From the human T2T-CHM13v2.0 reference genome, Homo sapiens: 64,000 nucleotides of DNA. The notes under the pieces are model-generated. The model made no database searches and had not been told where the DNA came from. It saw only the letters and a list, made by a program, of their open reading frames with translations. The stretch lies in the NCBI RefSeq assembly GCF_009914755.1, contig NC_060946.1, one strand, 5' to 3'. Within the stretch, counting starts at the first letter, position 1; every line of letters starts with the position of its first letter. Positions 1 to 16,259 of the stretch are shown one piece after another. The position numbers were made by a program, and so were the translations under genes.

Positions 1-815
1 GAGGGACATGATGGGAGTGTGCCATAGCTTTAGGATGGAACAACACATGGCCACACGGGTGGAGGGACACGTCTCTGAGTCAGCCTGGGGGTGGCACTGG
101 GAGTCTGGAGATGACAGGCCTGGCTCCTCCCACCTCAGGTGACCTCCTCAGGCTCTGTGAGCTGAGGGTCGGCCGAGGACCTGTAGCAGGGCCTGCAGAT
201 CTGCACAGCTCACCCTGCAAGGGGCCTCCTTCGTGGCAGTCATGGAGTGTTTGACATCTCCACAATGACAACTCCAGACTTCTATTTTAACAGGAGACTT
301 TCCCTTGAAGAGTTTTTAGCTAAAAAAAGAAAATCTCTATTGCTCCAATCTAGGAGCTCGTCCTGCTGGCCACATGAGTGTGTGTACCCCAGACACAGAT
401 GAAGGCCACTGTACACAGCGCACCTGTCCAGAAGCCAAGATCCCACGGGCTGTCTCGGAGCCAGCGCTGCCCTGTGTCCCTCACCCCAGCTCACACATTA
501 CAGCTTATTTCACCCCCACTCCCTCAGAGGGGACAGGCAAGGGGAGAGCAGGGAGTTGGGGGTCTCTGAGGTGGGGCTAACACTTCTGCAGCACACACCG
601 GCCTCTTACTAATGGGACGACCCGGAGGGTGACCTGCTCTGCCGGCACAAGGCTGGGCTGAGCCTCCCTTCACTGTGCCTGTGGTCGGCTGGAGGCCTCT
701 GTGCAGCTGTGCGCCCCACTGCCACCCTCCTCCCTCGCTCCGGCCGAGTGTCTGCATATTTCCTGGACAACCTCCTCATCCAATTCAAGGGTTATCTCTA
801 AAGATTCAGGCATCA

Positions 816-1921
<1,106 letters not shown>

Positions 1922-1941
1922 AGCTGGCCCCGACCACCAAC
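1922..1941 (-). CDS. TXNRD2: TXNRD2 exon 9 (20-nt microexon), start of NADPH-binding motif
   Basis: taacag|GTTGGTGGTCGGGGCCAGCT|gtatcc; needed to keep frame between exons 8 and 10 (T-LVVGAS-Y). Confidence 0.93.
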
Positions 1942-2554
1942 CTGTTAGAGAAACAGAGAGAGAGCACATGTAAAGCTGAGGCCCTTATTGACCAAGTGCA
2001 GTCAGAGCAGAACCCCGCAGCCTTTGCCCAGGCCCTTGGTCAGCTCGTGGGCTCCAAGGTTACTGTTCAAACAGCTTGCCCCAGGGGACAAAGCCCACTT
2101 TCCAAGGCTACACTGTCAAGCATGTTGTGAATCAGCAAATCGCCTGGTGGTGAAGGGCGTGTGTGTCAGTGACAAGTGGTACCTGTCCCCTGGAAGGCAC
2201 CCGGAGGCATGGAGAAACATCCACCAGAGCAGCACATGGCTTTCCTTCTCTCCCCCCGGGGCCTCCTGGGCTAGGGTGGAAGCTGGGAGATGCTTGGCAG
2301 GATGGGGAGGCCACCAGACCGCAAGGGAAGACATCATCTGAGCAAAGCACTCTCAAGACCACAGAAGGCTGGGCCCTTCCATGTGCCAGAGGCACATCCA
2401 ACCCTATCACAGCTAGGCGCAGGGCCAGGAGGGCCAGCTCCCCAGAGAGGGGACTGAAGGACCCCAGGGACAAGGGAGGCAGCACAGGACACTGCGACCA
2501 GCAGTCATTGGAAATATTTGCTCTTGTAGTGAAAACCCTCTATTGTTCAACCCC

Positions 2555-2745
2555 ACACTCCACATGTGTTTTGCATGCACATGTACTCACGCACACTTGT
2601 ATGTGCACACATGCCACACACCTGCATGCACATACTCTTACACGGGCACAAATGTACACACACACGCACATACTCGCATGGGTACATTCATTCATATATA
2701 CATATGCACACACTCATGTAGACACATGCATGCACACACATGCAA
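2555..2745. repeat. Degenerate (CA/TG) purine-pyrimidine alternating tract
   Basis: CACACATG/CATGCACA-type units; a shorter similar tract lies at about 3190-3240. Confidence 0.8.
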
Positions 2746-3341
2746 ACGGGCACAGAACCTAACACGAACAAGAACTCCCAGCGGGGCAGCTGCACGTGGG
2801 TGGGCTCCCACATTACCCTTCAGTCTTTGAACAAGAGGAGGTGATGTAAGGACGGATAAGCCCAATGTCATTGCTAATCCCAGCAGGTACTAATGATATA
2901 ATTCCATTTCAAAACACGGTGTATCCCTTGGAATCATTCTGCAGGTGCCCTGCGGGAAGCATCTGGCATGCAGCTTCCTCACTGTGGCTGGGGACAGAAC
3001 CGCACCACTGTCAGGATTAGGGTGAGCAGACAGAGCTCTGTTGGCCGGCTGAGCACAAGGTGGTTACATGCCTCACTCAGCATGTGAGGACAGCGAAGGG
3101 GGACCCTGGGACCCCCAGCCAAGCAGGATTGCAGAGATGCATTCCCAGCCCCGCTCAGGGCCGGCAACACTTGGGAAACAGGCACCACGGTATGCACGCA
3201 CTTCCACACATGCACACACACATAGGCACCACATACACATCTCTACACGGAAGTGCACTTCCAAAATGGCGAAACCAAACTCTTTTTGGACTTGCTATAT
3301 GCAGTGAAAGGTACAAGCTTTTGTTTAAGATATGAAGTTAT

Positions 3342-3636
<295 letters not shown>

Positions 3637-4788
3637 GATATGAAGTTATGAGTTACTGCAAATATAAACAGAACTCTGCTGCTTTGCATATCCTGCCCTA
3701 AATGCAAGGGTGTAACTGGGCGAGAGCCCATTGTGTGGTGCCCTTTGCCCCCTGCTCCCAGAGGTGGCTGTGCATGGGCTAGATGCTTCCTGCTGGGCTG
3801 TGCAGGCACTGGCAGAGTGAGGCCAATGCATCCCCTCTGTGGGCAGCTGGGCCCCTGCACGTCAGGGCCTTCCTGGCCCTGAAGGCCAACCCTTCTCCAG
3901 GAATGGGCCCTGCAGCTGCAGGATGGGGGCCAGGCTGCTCTCCGGGCCTCCTAGCTCATTGCTAGGGATACAGCAACACACCCTCCTGATTTTGCCACAA
4001 ATGTTTGCTGTCTCTGCCACCGACGTGTACATCCCCACCTCCTACACGATGCTGACCCACCAGGCCTGGATTGGAGCGGGGGCAGGTGACTCTCCAGGCC
4101 CTCCCTCGGAGTCCCCCAGTGCCCGGGCCTCCTGTCCTGGCACCCACGGGGCACAGGAGAAGCTCCCGCCTCAAGGGCCACCTTCAAAGTCACAGGTGCC
4201 CCCATCCCTCAGCTGCCAGCTCTGAATCAGCAACTGAGGGTACAGCTAGGAGGAGGTGGGTGCAGTGGGCATATTCCCGAGTGGGCATCCTTGACCCTAT
4301 GTGTTCGGCTGAAATCTCTCAACAAAAGCTCACGTCTCGCTCGTGTGGAGGGTCATTTTGGGCCTCTTCTTGTTGTCATGAGCAAGGATTATTGACAGCA
4401 TTGGTTTTCACTGTACGCCTCCCCGCATTGATCAAATTATGTGAATGTTTACCCTTTGAAGAATGCAGGATACGAGAATTCCAACAGAGAACTCCGTTCA
4501 GACCAGCTAAAGTAAAAAAATGCCCGAGCAAAATAAGACAGACACCAAAGCCTCCAGATCACAGGGATAGAGAGTACCCAAAGACAGGGACCTACAGACA
4601 CCTTCTTCAGGCCATTCACGGCCCAGCAGGGGTAGGGACAGACAGGAACGTGGTGCAGCAACCAACTCAAGCCATGACTGGCCACAGGAAGTCAGAGGTG
4701 CTGGCCACAGAAGTCAGGGGACCAGCTCACAGGACCTGGGGGTAGGGGGCTGGAACCACTCAACTTACCGCTGCATTAAAAGACCCAG

Positions 4789-5080
4789 AGGTTGGGTGCG
4801 GTGGGTCATGTGTGCAATCCCAGCACTCTGGGAGGCCAAGGTGGACAGACTGCTTGAGCCCGGGAGTTCAAGACCAGCCTGAGCAATACAGCTTGTCCCC
4901 ATCTCTACAAACTAAAAAAATTACTGGGGCATGGTGGTATGCACCTGTAGTCCCGGCTACTCGGGAGGCTGAGGAAGGAGGATCACTTGAGCCTAGGAGT
5001 TTGAGGCTGCAGTAAGCTGCACTCCAGCCCGGGAAACAGAGTGAGACCCTGTCTCTAAAACAAACAAAACAAAACAAATA
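4789..5080 (+). mobile_element. Alu (J-like)
   Basis: Alu dimer with an (AAAAC)n tail. Confidence 0.9.
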
Positions 5081-8000
5081 AAAATCAGTTTTCCATGTGA
5101 TCCCAGCAGCTCAGCTCTCTGTGCTTTTTGGTGTGCAAACATTTTCCAAAGAGGCATAATAACTACTGCAGGATGAGCCTAATCACAGGGCAGGCTTTCT
5201 TGTTCAAAATTGGAATGGGGGGAGGAAGCAGAAACAAAAGCATTAATTCAGGCCCACGAAGCCTAGGCTTAAAGAGCAATCCATCTGCCTCTTGAGCTTG
5301 AAGGCCTGCTCTCCAGAGGGAATACTCACACAAAGTGAGTCTCATGGGAGGCACCTGGCCCCTTGGAGGTCCTGCCAGCCCAGGAAATACCAGATGGGCC
5401 GCCAAGCTGCAGATGCCCCAGGGAGGCAGCACAGGGCTGGGGGTGCTACGAAGGCCTCCTTCCCCGGCTTGGCTGGAACCCCGCCGCCCCACCCAACCCC
5501 TCAGGGGCAGATGCTGGGCCGGAGCCTCTGTGTGCTGGCCCTGTAACAAATGCCACTGAAAGCCCTACCTTGTCATGTCTTAGCCACAGGGACGCACACA
5601 GAGAGGTGGCGGGGGCTTTGCAGTCTGGTAACAAGCCCCAGGAGGACAGCTGGTCTCCCTATTGCTGAACACAAGGACATCCCATCACACCAGCGGAATG
5701 TGCCACTTAAATTAAATTTTCTCCCAAATGGCTGTGGTTCTTCCCAAGATAAAATTTATCTTCTTCCCTCTTGTGCTTAGGAAGAGAGAAAAATGATCGC
5801 AGTACCTGGCTGGCTTCCGGACTTCCTAAGGGTCAAATAAAAGCTCTTTCCATGACACACTGACAGGCAGCCTTAAACCAGCCCAAGTTATAAAAACACT
5901 CTGCCTCTTGGAGCCCCAGGAGTGCGAGGACAGACAGCAGCAGGCTGGTGGAGCAGCCTCAGAGGGTGGACAGGCCTGGCTGGCTGCAGCCCCTCCCCCA
6001 GGGCCCAGTGTGTGGGCTGGTCAGCCCCTGAGCCAGCCTGGCAGCTGCAGGAGAGGCTGGCCCCATGCTCTGTAAACCCCCACGGGGACCTGGGCAGGGG
6101 CTACAGAGCTGGCAGCAGGAACAGGCAGACCCTGGTTGTTTCCGGGAAGCAGTACCTCCGTTATCGGACCTGAGAGGAGGCTGCGGTCTCATTCACGCCC
6201 TCGGCCCCATCCCAGTGTTGCCAGCTCAGAGCCCTGCTTTGCAGAAAGCGGACCTACAGACACAGCAAGAGGGAGGACTAGAATAGAGGGACCACAATTC
6301 CCTATATTGGGGTTAGGGCACCTGAGCTCCAAAACCTGGCACTGAGGGAGAAGACGAAGCCCAGGGCCGTGGGTGTGCAAGAGGCAGAGACAAGGCACAC
6401 TGGCGGGGCCCAAGTCCCTGCCGGGTGCGGAGGCTTCCCGGTGGAGGCAGCCCTCCAGGTCAGGAAGTGGCAGGAAGATTGTGCGGCTGTGGGACTGGAG
6501 TTGGAGCTCAGCTCCTTGGCCCCCCTTAATTGCCAGGCCCCTCTGGGCCTCGGGCTCCTCTTGGCTGCACTTGGATCCCGACCCCCAGTGCCTGCCTCTG
6601 TAAAGGAGCTCCCCGGTGTGGGCTCACCATCCTCGCCTTCCACATTCCTCCACCTGCCGGGGGCTTGCTCTGTGGAATGGAAGGTTTGGTTTGCAAGGCT
6701 GCATGCCCCCTCTGAGCCTAGTCATTTGGGGTCACGTGCCCCTCCGCACCCCTGCCTCCCTGCAGTGGCCATTGTTCCCAGAGGGGCTCCACTGCCTGCC
6801 CAGGGTCACTGTACCTCCCCAGAAACCTCCTCTCTTCTTCAACCTGTCTTGCAGTTCCAGAGAAGGAAAGACACAACACAGCAGAAAAGGCAAACGGGCT
6901 GGCACAAGGCGGGCATCTGCATGGCAGAGGCGGAGCAGGAGCCGACCTGGAGTCCTTCCCAGGGTCCCCACCAAGACTGGGAGGACAGTCCCTTGCGCCA
7001 GGGCGTGGCTATGGGAGTGGGGCAGCCAGAACGTCCCCCGCCCCACCCCAGTGCACTCAAGGGTCCTGCTCACCCACCCACAAGCTCACACTGCTTTTTC
7101 AGGAGTTTTCTGAGTTTTCTGCACGTCTTCCTCACCCTCCTAGGTTACAAACCAGGTGCTCAGCCCACTCTGGTCAACAGGTATGGCCCCATTTTGCCAG
7201 CATATGGCTGTTTAGTGAAGTGCACTGTTTAATTCTGTCTCCCCTTGACTGAGCTTGGACACGATCCCCCTGCCTCTGCCATCTGTCCAGCCCTGGGCTC
7301 CCTAAGACCTGGATGCAAACAAAGGAGGAAGGGGGCTCCCAACTTGGGGCCCGAGGTGCACTGTGATGCCTGAGTGGCCTCTCTGGGGCAAAAGTGGCAT
7401 GGTACGACCTTGCAGGCTGGGTCCCAGGCCCCACTGTGGGCACCACTCGCCAGATCTGGAGCTCCCGGCAGTGGGCCCCACACAGACGTGCGCTGAAAGG
7501 AGTTCCTGGTGGCAGCCTGTGCCTGTAGTAGAGAGGGACGAGGGAGGCCTCGTGCACGCCGCAGAGCCCACCGAGGGCCTGGGGCCAGGGGGACAGGGAG
7601 CCTCCTTGGTGGAGGAGCCAACCAGGGGACAGAGTGCCCACTGCAGGAGGGGCACTGTGATGCCAGGCACCGTGAGTTGCGCACCTGGCCTCCAGGATGG
7701 GACCAGGTAGAAATGTCCCACCCGACTACGGGAGGCACTCAGGGGCCAGGGGAGCAGCCCCGGGGTCCATATTAATTTCAGCTCCATTTTAAAGGCGAGT
7801 TAAAATAAACATGGGGAATATTTATAAGGCAAATAAATCTGGCAGAAACAGCCCCTCCAAGTGTGAGTGGAGGCCTCCCCTCAGCCCCAGCCCAAGCTGA
7901 TAAAATACAGAAATGCTACTGTAGACCCTCCGGGCTTATTTTGACTGCAGCAGAGGAATGTAACATGTAAACACTGACTCCCATATTACACTGTTACAAC

Positions 8001-9220
8001 TTGCATTAACAGCGCCGGACAAAAGCCGCATTTTCACAGAAGCATCGTACAGGGATATATCTCCAGCTTAATTTTTAAAAAAACCATTTCCTCACATAAA
8101 TCATGCTCAGAATGAAACGGGTGACTGATACATTGCAAACACTTTTTTTCTTAAACAATAACATACCTAGATTCCTTCTAAACGAAAGAGCTTTAAAAAA
8201 AATCTTCTAAATGTTTTTTTTCTGAAGAAAATAAACACTGCAGTTTCTTTTCTGAACAAAATATCTGGAGCTGTGTCTTCCCGGCCGAGCCAGCTGCCCC
8301 CAGCACAGGGTTGCAGAGGAGCGCTCCCCAAGCCCCAGCCACCTTGCTAGGGAGACAGCAAGGCCAGGGCACCCAGAGCACCGGGCCCCCTCCCCAGGCC
8401 CAAGCGGGCAGCCTCTGAGGGGAACAGGCACAACGAGGGTGGTGAAAGTGCTGGGCTGCAGTGACCGTCACCGAAGACCCCAGTACATCGAGGGGCCCAG
8501 CAGACATCCTGGGGCTGCCAGACATCCAAGGCCATTTCCCTGAAGGTCCAGCAGACAAAGCATCCTGCAGGGGCTGGAGGGGCATCCAGACTCCACCCAG
8601 AGAAGCCTACGTGAAAGACAACCAGAGGCACAGGCAGAACTCAGGACGCCGAGTGAGAACAGTGCCTCGAGATGGGCACTGGGGCCCGGGCAACCCATCT
8701 CCACCACACCGCAGAAGAAGTGCAGCCAGCCCAAGGAAGTAAAAGAAAATCCGACTTGTGGACGCCCATAAGGAAAATACAGGGCTTAAAAAAAAAAAAA
8801 AAAAATCTTGGGGGTGGGGCAGGCCTTTCTGAACATGCAATAAATCAAAAAGCCACTAAGTGTAAAAGATTTAAGTTACATTAAAAAAAACTTAAACCAT
8901 TTGTACATCACACAAGTTAAAAGACACTAGAAGCTGAGAAAATCTGCACCACAAGCGACAGAGGATCACATCCCTAATACACAAACCAGCTGGAGGGTAA
9001 GAAGAGATAAGAGAAGAGAAAAGCCAGACGTGAAAGTGGACAAGGACCATGCTGGCGATTTGTGCAGCACACATGGGCATGCTCACAGACACGCTCATCT
9101 CAAATGAGGCTGTGACACGAGGCTTTTCAGGTAAATGTGTGAAAAGACCACTGATCACAGCAAATGCAAACAGAGTCAGATCATGTGTAACTCAGCAGAT
9201 AGTCAAAGATTAAAAAAACA

Positions 9221-9510
9221 GTCTGGGTGCCGTAGCTCACACCTGTAATCCCAGCACTTTGAGGGGCCAGGGTGATCACTTGAGCCCAGGAGTTCAAGAC
9301 TAGCCTGGGCCACATAGCGAGTCCTTGCCCTAAAAAAAATAATCATTAGCTGGGCGTGGTGGCGAGCGCCTGTAATCCCAGCTACTCAGGAGGCTGAGGC
9401 AGGAGAATTGCTTGAATCCAGGAGATCAAGGCTGCAGCGAGCCATGATCGCACCACTGCACTCCAGCCTGGGCGACAGAGCAAGACCCTGTCTCAAAGAT
9501 AAAAAAACAG
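9221..9510 (+). mobile_element. Alu within L1-like sequence
   Basis: Alu consensus motifs. Confidence 0.9.
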
Positions 9511-9677
9511 ATAACCCAGAAATTATGGCATAACAGGAAAAAGTGATTGGTGTGACAACAGAAAAACTTAAAATTTCTGCATGAAATACTATCACCAAGT
9601 CCAAAGACAAACCACGATCAGTGGGTCCAATGGAAGGCAGCAGGCAGTCGATGGAAACCAGCACAAGCTCAGCACAG

Positions 9678-11372
9678 TCTCAGGAGAGTGTGGGCGCCGT
9701 GGGTAGCAGTGACCACTCTCAGGAGAGTGTGGGCGCCGTGGGTAGCAGTGACCGCTCTCAGGAGGGTGTGGGCGCCGTGGATAGCAGTGACGGCTCTCAG
9801 GAGAGTGTGGGCACCGTAAGTAGCAGTGACCGCTCTCAGGAGAGTGTGGGCACCGTGGGTAGCAGTGACCGCTCTCAGGAGAGTGTGGGCGCACCGTAAG
9901 TAGCAGTGACCGCTCTCAGGAGAGTGTGGGCGCCGTGGATAGCAGTGACGGCTCTCAGGAGAGTGTGGGCGCCATGGGTAGCAGTGACGGCTCTCAGGAG
10001 AGTGTGGGCACCATGGGTAGCACTGACCGCTCTCAGGAGAGTGTGGGCGCACCATGAGTAGCAGTGACCGCTCTCAGGAGAGTGTGGGCGCCGTGAGTAG
10101 CAGTGACCGCTCTCAGGAGAGTGTGGGCGCCGTGGGTAGCAGTGACCGCTCTCAGGAGGGTGTGGGCGCCGTGGATAGCAGTGACCGCTCTCAGGAGAGT
10201 GTGGGCACCGTAAGTAGCAGTGACCGCTCTCAGGAGAGTGTGGGCACCGTGGGTAGCAGTGACCGCTCTCAGGAGAGTGTGGGCGCACCGTAAGTAGCAG
10301 TGACCGCTCTCAGGAGAGTGTGGGCGCTGTGAGTAGCAGTGACCGCTCTCAGGAGAGTGTGGGCGCCGTGGGTAGCAGTGACCGCTCTCAGGAGAGTGTG
10401 GGCGCACCGTGGGTAGCAGTGACTGCTCTCAGGAGAGTGTGGGCGCCGTGGGTAGCAGTGACCGCTCTCAGGAGAGTGTGGGTGCACCGTGGGTAGCAGT
10501 GACCGCTCTCAGGAGAGTGTGGGCGCCGTGGGTAGCAGTGACCGCTCTCAGGAGAGTGTGGGCGCCGTGGGTAGCAGTGACCGCTCTCAGGAGAGTGTGG
10601 GTGCACCGTGGGTAGCAGTGACCGCTCTCAGGAGAGTGTGGGTGCACCGTGGGTAGCAGTGACCGCTCTCAGGAGAGTGTGGGCGCCGTGGGTAGCAGTG
10701 ACCGCTCTCAGGAGAGTGTGGGCGCCGTGGGTAGCAGTGACCGCTCTCAGGAGTGTGGGCGCCGTGGATAGCAGTGACCGCTCTCAGGAGAGTGTGGGCG
10801 CACCATGAGTAGCAGTGACCGCTCTCAGGAGAGTGTGGGCGCCGTGGGTAGCAGTGACCGCTCTCAGGAGAGTGTGGGCGCACCATGGGTAGCAGCGACC
10901 GCTCTCAGGAGAGTGTGGGCGCCGTGGGTAGCAGTGACCGCTCTCAGGAGAGTGTGGGCACCGTGGGTAGCAGTGACCGCTCTCAGGAGAGTGTGGGCGC
11001 CATGGGTAGCAGTGACCGCTCTCAGGAGAGTGTGGGCGCCGTGGGTAGCAGTGACCGCTCTCAGGAGAGTGTGGGCACACCATGGGTAGCAGTGACAGCT
11101 CTCAGGAGAGTGTGGGCGCCGTGGGTAGCAGTGACAGCTCTCAGGAGAGTGTGGGCGCCGTGGGGAGCAGTGACCGTTCTCAGGAGAGTGTGGGCGCCGT
11201 GGGTAGCAGTGACCGCTCTCAGGAGAGTGTGGGCGCCGTGGGTAGCAGTGACTGCTCTCAGGAGAGTGTGGGTGCACCGTGGGTAGCAGTGACCGCTCTC
11301 AGGAGAGTGTGGGCGCCGTGGGTAGCAGTGACTGCTCTCAGGAGAGTGTGGGCGCCATGGGTAGCAGTGACC
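9678..11372. repeat. Minisatellite/VNTR, 39-bp unit (41-bp variants), ~43 copies, TXNRD2 intron 8
   Basis: Head-to-tail CTCTCAGGAGAGTGTGGGCGCCGTGGGTAGCAGTGACCG with few substitutions and no spacers. Confidence 0.97.
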
Positions 11373-11529
11373 ACTGCCCAGGCCAGGGGTATGGGAGGAG
11401 AGGCTCCTTTCTGTTTTGTGTCTTATCAAAAAGCTGATGCCTGAGTTACCAAGGACAGGGAAGCAGGCAGAGTACACATGGAATTGGCCTGTCAGCACAA
11501 AGTGTTAAGACGGAAGGGCAGCTCCCCTT

Positions 11530-12420
<891 letters not shown>

Positions 12421-12641
12421 ATAATTGGGAAAATGTGTCAGAAGCACTTCTGATGGTAAACAGATGCACCTCCAAGGTTTTCACTGCAGCATTGATAATG
12501 ATGAAGAAGAGAAACTACTGAGATGCTCATTAACAAGAGAAAGGTCAAAGGAACTATACCACATCCATTCAAGGGAATCCAGTCCTGACCCCACACAAAG
12601 ATGCCCCGTGAAGTGTGAAACAATGACAAGCAGAGCATGTG

Positions 12642-13115
12642 ACACACCACTCACACACACACACACCACTCACACACACACACCACACACACACATAACC
12701 ACTCACACACTACTCACATACACACACCACACACACACACCACACACACCACTCACACACACACACCACACACACCACTCACACACCACTCACATACACA
12801 CACCATTCACACACACACCACTCACACACACTACTCACACACACTGCTCACACACACCACACACACCACGCACACACACCACTCACACACACACCACACA
12901 CACCCACACCCTTCACACACACACACCACACACACCACACACACACCACTCACACACACCACTCACACACACACACACCACACACCCACACCCTTCACAC
13001 ACACACACCACTCACACACCACACACACACACCACTCACACACACACCACACACACCATTCACACACACACACCACACACATCTGCACGCACACCATGCA
13101 CATTCGGGCACACAC
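12642..13115. repeat. CA-rich low-complexity repeat (CACACACCA/CACTCACA)
   Basis: About 470 bp composed almost entirely of C and A. Confidence 0.95.
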
Positions 13116-13689
13116 AGAAGTGGGACCCTTTTCCACTGATATTTTCTCCTGGGGAAGGCTCGAGACTGCTATTGACCAAGCCTCTGCCGCCCTCTGGTGG
13201 TCTCTCTGCTCCCTGCCAACATGAAGTCTCCACACCCCACAGGCAGGAGCTGCCTGGACCTGGGACCTCGGGATGGCCCACTCTGTGGGCATCGGAATGC
13301 ACTTAGTGACTCTGCACCTGCTCCCATGGGGAGTGAGAGCCACTTGCACGCTGCTAGCCTCCCTTCCACAATCAAGATGTTGTTTCTGAGGCCTTTGGAG
13401 TCTTTGCTAGATTTCAGGGAAACCCAATGTACAAATCAGAAGACAGTGAGGGTGTTAGATGAGGGCTGGGATAGGGATTGCTGGCTCTCCCCTCCTTAAT
13501 GTTCTCCCTGATGTCCTTGAGGGGACCCACTGGAACCCCAGGGCTCCTGGGAACCCCATTTGACAACCACTGACCTAGATAACAAACAGCTGACTCCATT
13601 TATATGGCAGTCCTGTTATTGTTATTACCTCCAAGGCAGCCACAGGACAGAGTAAATCAACAGCCCTGCAGAGGGGCACAAGTCACAGG

Positions 13690-14523
<834 letters not shown>

Positions 14524-16259
14524 CTGTCAAGACAGAAATGACCCCTTGGACAAGAGCTCCATTTGGCCTGTCCTAGGGCTTCCTTAAAGAGGATGCCAGC
14601 TTTGCAGAATCAAGCAGAGCTTTCCCAGGGCACACATGCACAGGGCTTCCCTGCTGCCAGTCCTTGTCTGCAGGCTGTGGCCTCTTTGGGGCTGCAGGTG
14701 GCCTGTCTGCATCTAAGCTGCTGCACTCCAGGTCCCGGTGCCCTCGCAGGGTACCTTTCCCCTCTGTTCCCCAGGACCCTCCCCTTGACCCTGGTTCAGA
14801 GCAGGATACAGGGCCTGAGGTGGGTACAGCAACTGCAGGGGCCATACAGGCAGACAGCTGGGACCCCTCAAGTCTGCCCGGGTTCTGGACAGACACATCA
14901 AACAGACAGGGGCATGCAGCCCCAGGGAGCAACACCTGGGTTCTGGGGGATCCAAACTCAGAGAGAGGAAGTGGGGAGAGAACAGGTCAGCAAATCAGGG
15001 CCAGCAGAGCTCAGGTGTGTCTGCGCGGCAGGGGTGGCCTACAAGGCCAGCCAGAGGAGAGGAGGCACAGGGGGTAAGTGCCACAGGCTGAGGTGGGCAG
15101 GGACTGAGGGGCAGCTCTGAGGGCACCTGGCTGAAGCCAGGACGGACTTCACACTCTCGAGGGCTGGCCCGGGTGGGCTCTGAGCCCAGAAATCATACAG
15201 GTCACCTGAAGAGGGGCGGCCAAGCAGGTGGGAGGCCCAGGGTGAACGTCCCCTTAGCGGCCATGAGAACAAGATGTGCTGGTGGAGGAAGCGGATCTCA
15301 AACAGTTTATGCTTCCAACTGGCAAAAAAAAATAAAGTCAGGAATTTCTCAGGTTTACTCAAGGAAAACCGAAAGGTCTGGCAATCAAAGGGACTAAAAC
15401 GCAAGCAAGCCTTGGCAGACACCCTGGGAGGGCGTGGCAGGGAGAGCGAAGCAGCCCTGAGCTGCCTGCCTCCTAAGGACCAGGAGCGCCTGCTGGATCC
15501 CCTGTGAGCCCAAAGAGCCGTCAGCAGCTGCCCGTGAGGTGCAGAGCAGGGCCGGGCCAGGCCAGGGCCCCTGTGCAGTGCTCCCTGGTGCGGATGCACG
15601 TGCAGCTCTGCCTGGGGCCTCAGAGAAACCCAATGACCGCTGGGCTGCTGGAAGCTGGCTGTGGCCTTCTTTAAGCAGAACCACCATGAGCCCAGCTGCC
15701 AGGAGAGGGGATCACTGGGACCCTGTCTGCAGCAGCTGCCTTGAACAACTGCACAGTGTCATCCTACAAAGTCACGCAGCCCTGAGCCCCACCTCTGTGC
15801 ATAAGCAACCTGCCCCCTCTAGAGGCTGCTGTGGCTGCCTGGCGGCCAGACAAGTCCCACGGCCTCTAAGGACTGGGGGTGCTTGTGCTCCTCGGGGCCG
15901 CTCCTTTCCCTGTTTCCACAGTAAGCACAGGACGAAGTGGAGGCTGGGGTCACATCCAAGAAGTGGCAGAACCTCCCCTTGCTCTGCCTCCACCGGACTG
16001 CCCCTGGGTCTAAGTCAGAGGTGGTGTGGCCTCCAGGCCGAGAGAGCCGTGGTCTTCAAGAGCTTGGCTGCAGCCTACTTAGAGGCTTGGAGCAGGCGGC
16101 ACACGGTTCCCTGGGAGACCCGTGGGGACTGGTCTCAGCCAAACCTCTCTGCTCACCCCCAGCCCATTTGCTTTCCCTGCTGCAGCTGCCCCCCAACCCC
16201 TCACCCCGGGGCCCCTTCCTCAACTCTGCCCCCACAACCCACAAGACTGGGCCAGGAGT

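Noticed and set aside
6369-7232. 287-aa ORF and similar long ORFs (4071-4745, 15539-16381, 57159-57824)
   Set aside because: Non-ATG starts, no recognisable domain, and GC-rich intron where long open frames occur by chance.
9678-11372. Possible CRISPR array or repeat protein (ORFs PHSPESGHCY, SSDRSQESVG)
   Set aside because: Units are contiguous with no unique spacers, there are no cas genes and the context is mammalian; the ORFs arise because 39 is a multiple of 3 and are broken by 41-bp units.
12425-13306. 293-aa His/Thr-rich ORF (also 2163-2762)
   Set aside because: Translation artefact of CA-rich low-complexity DNA that lacks stop codons.
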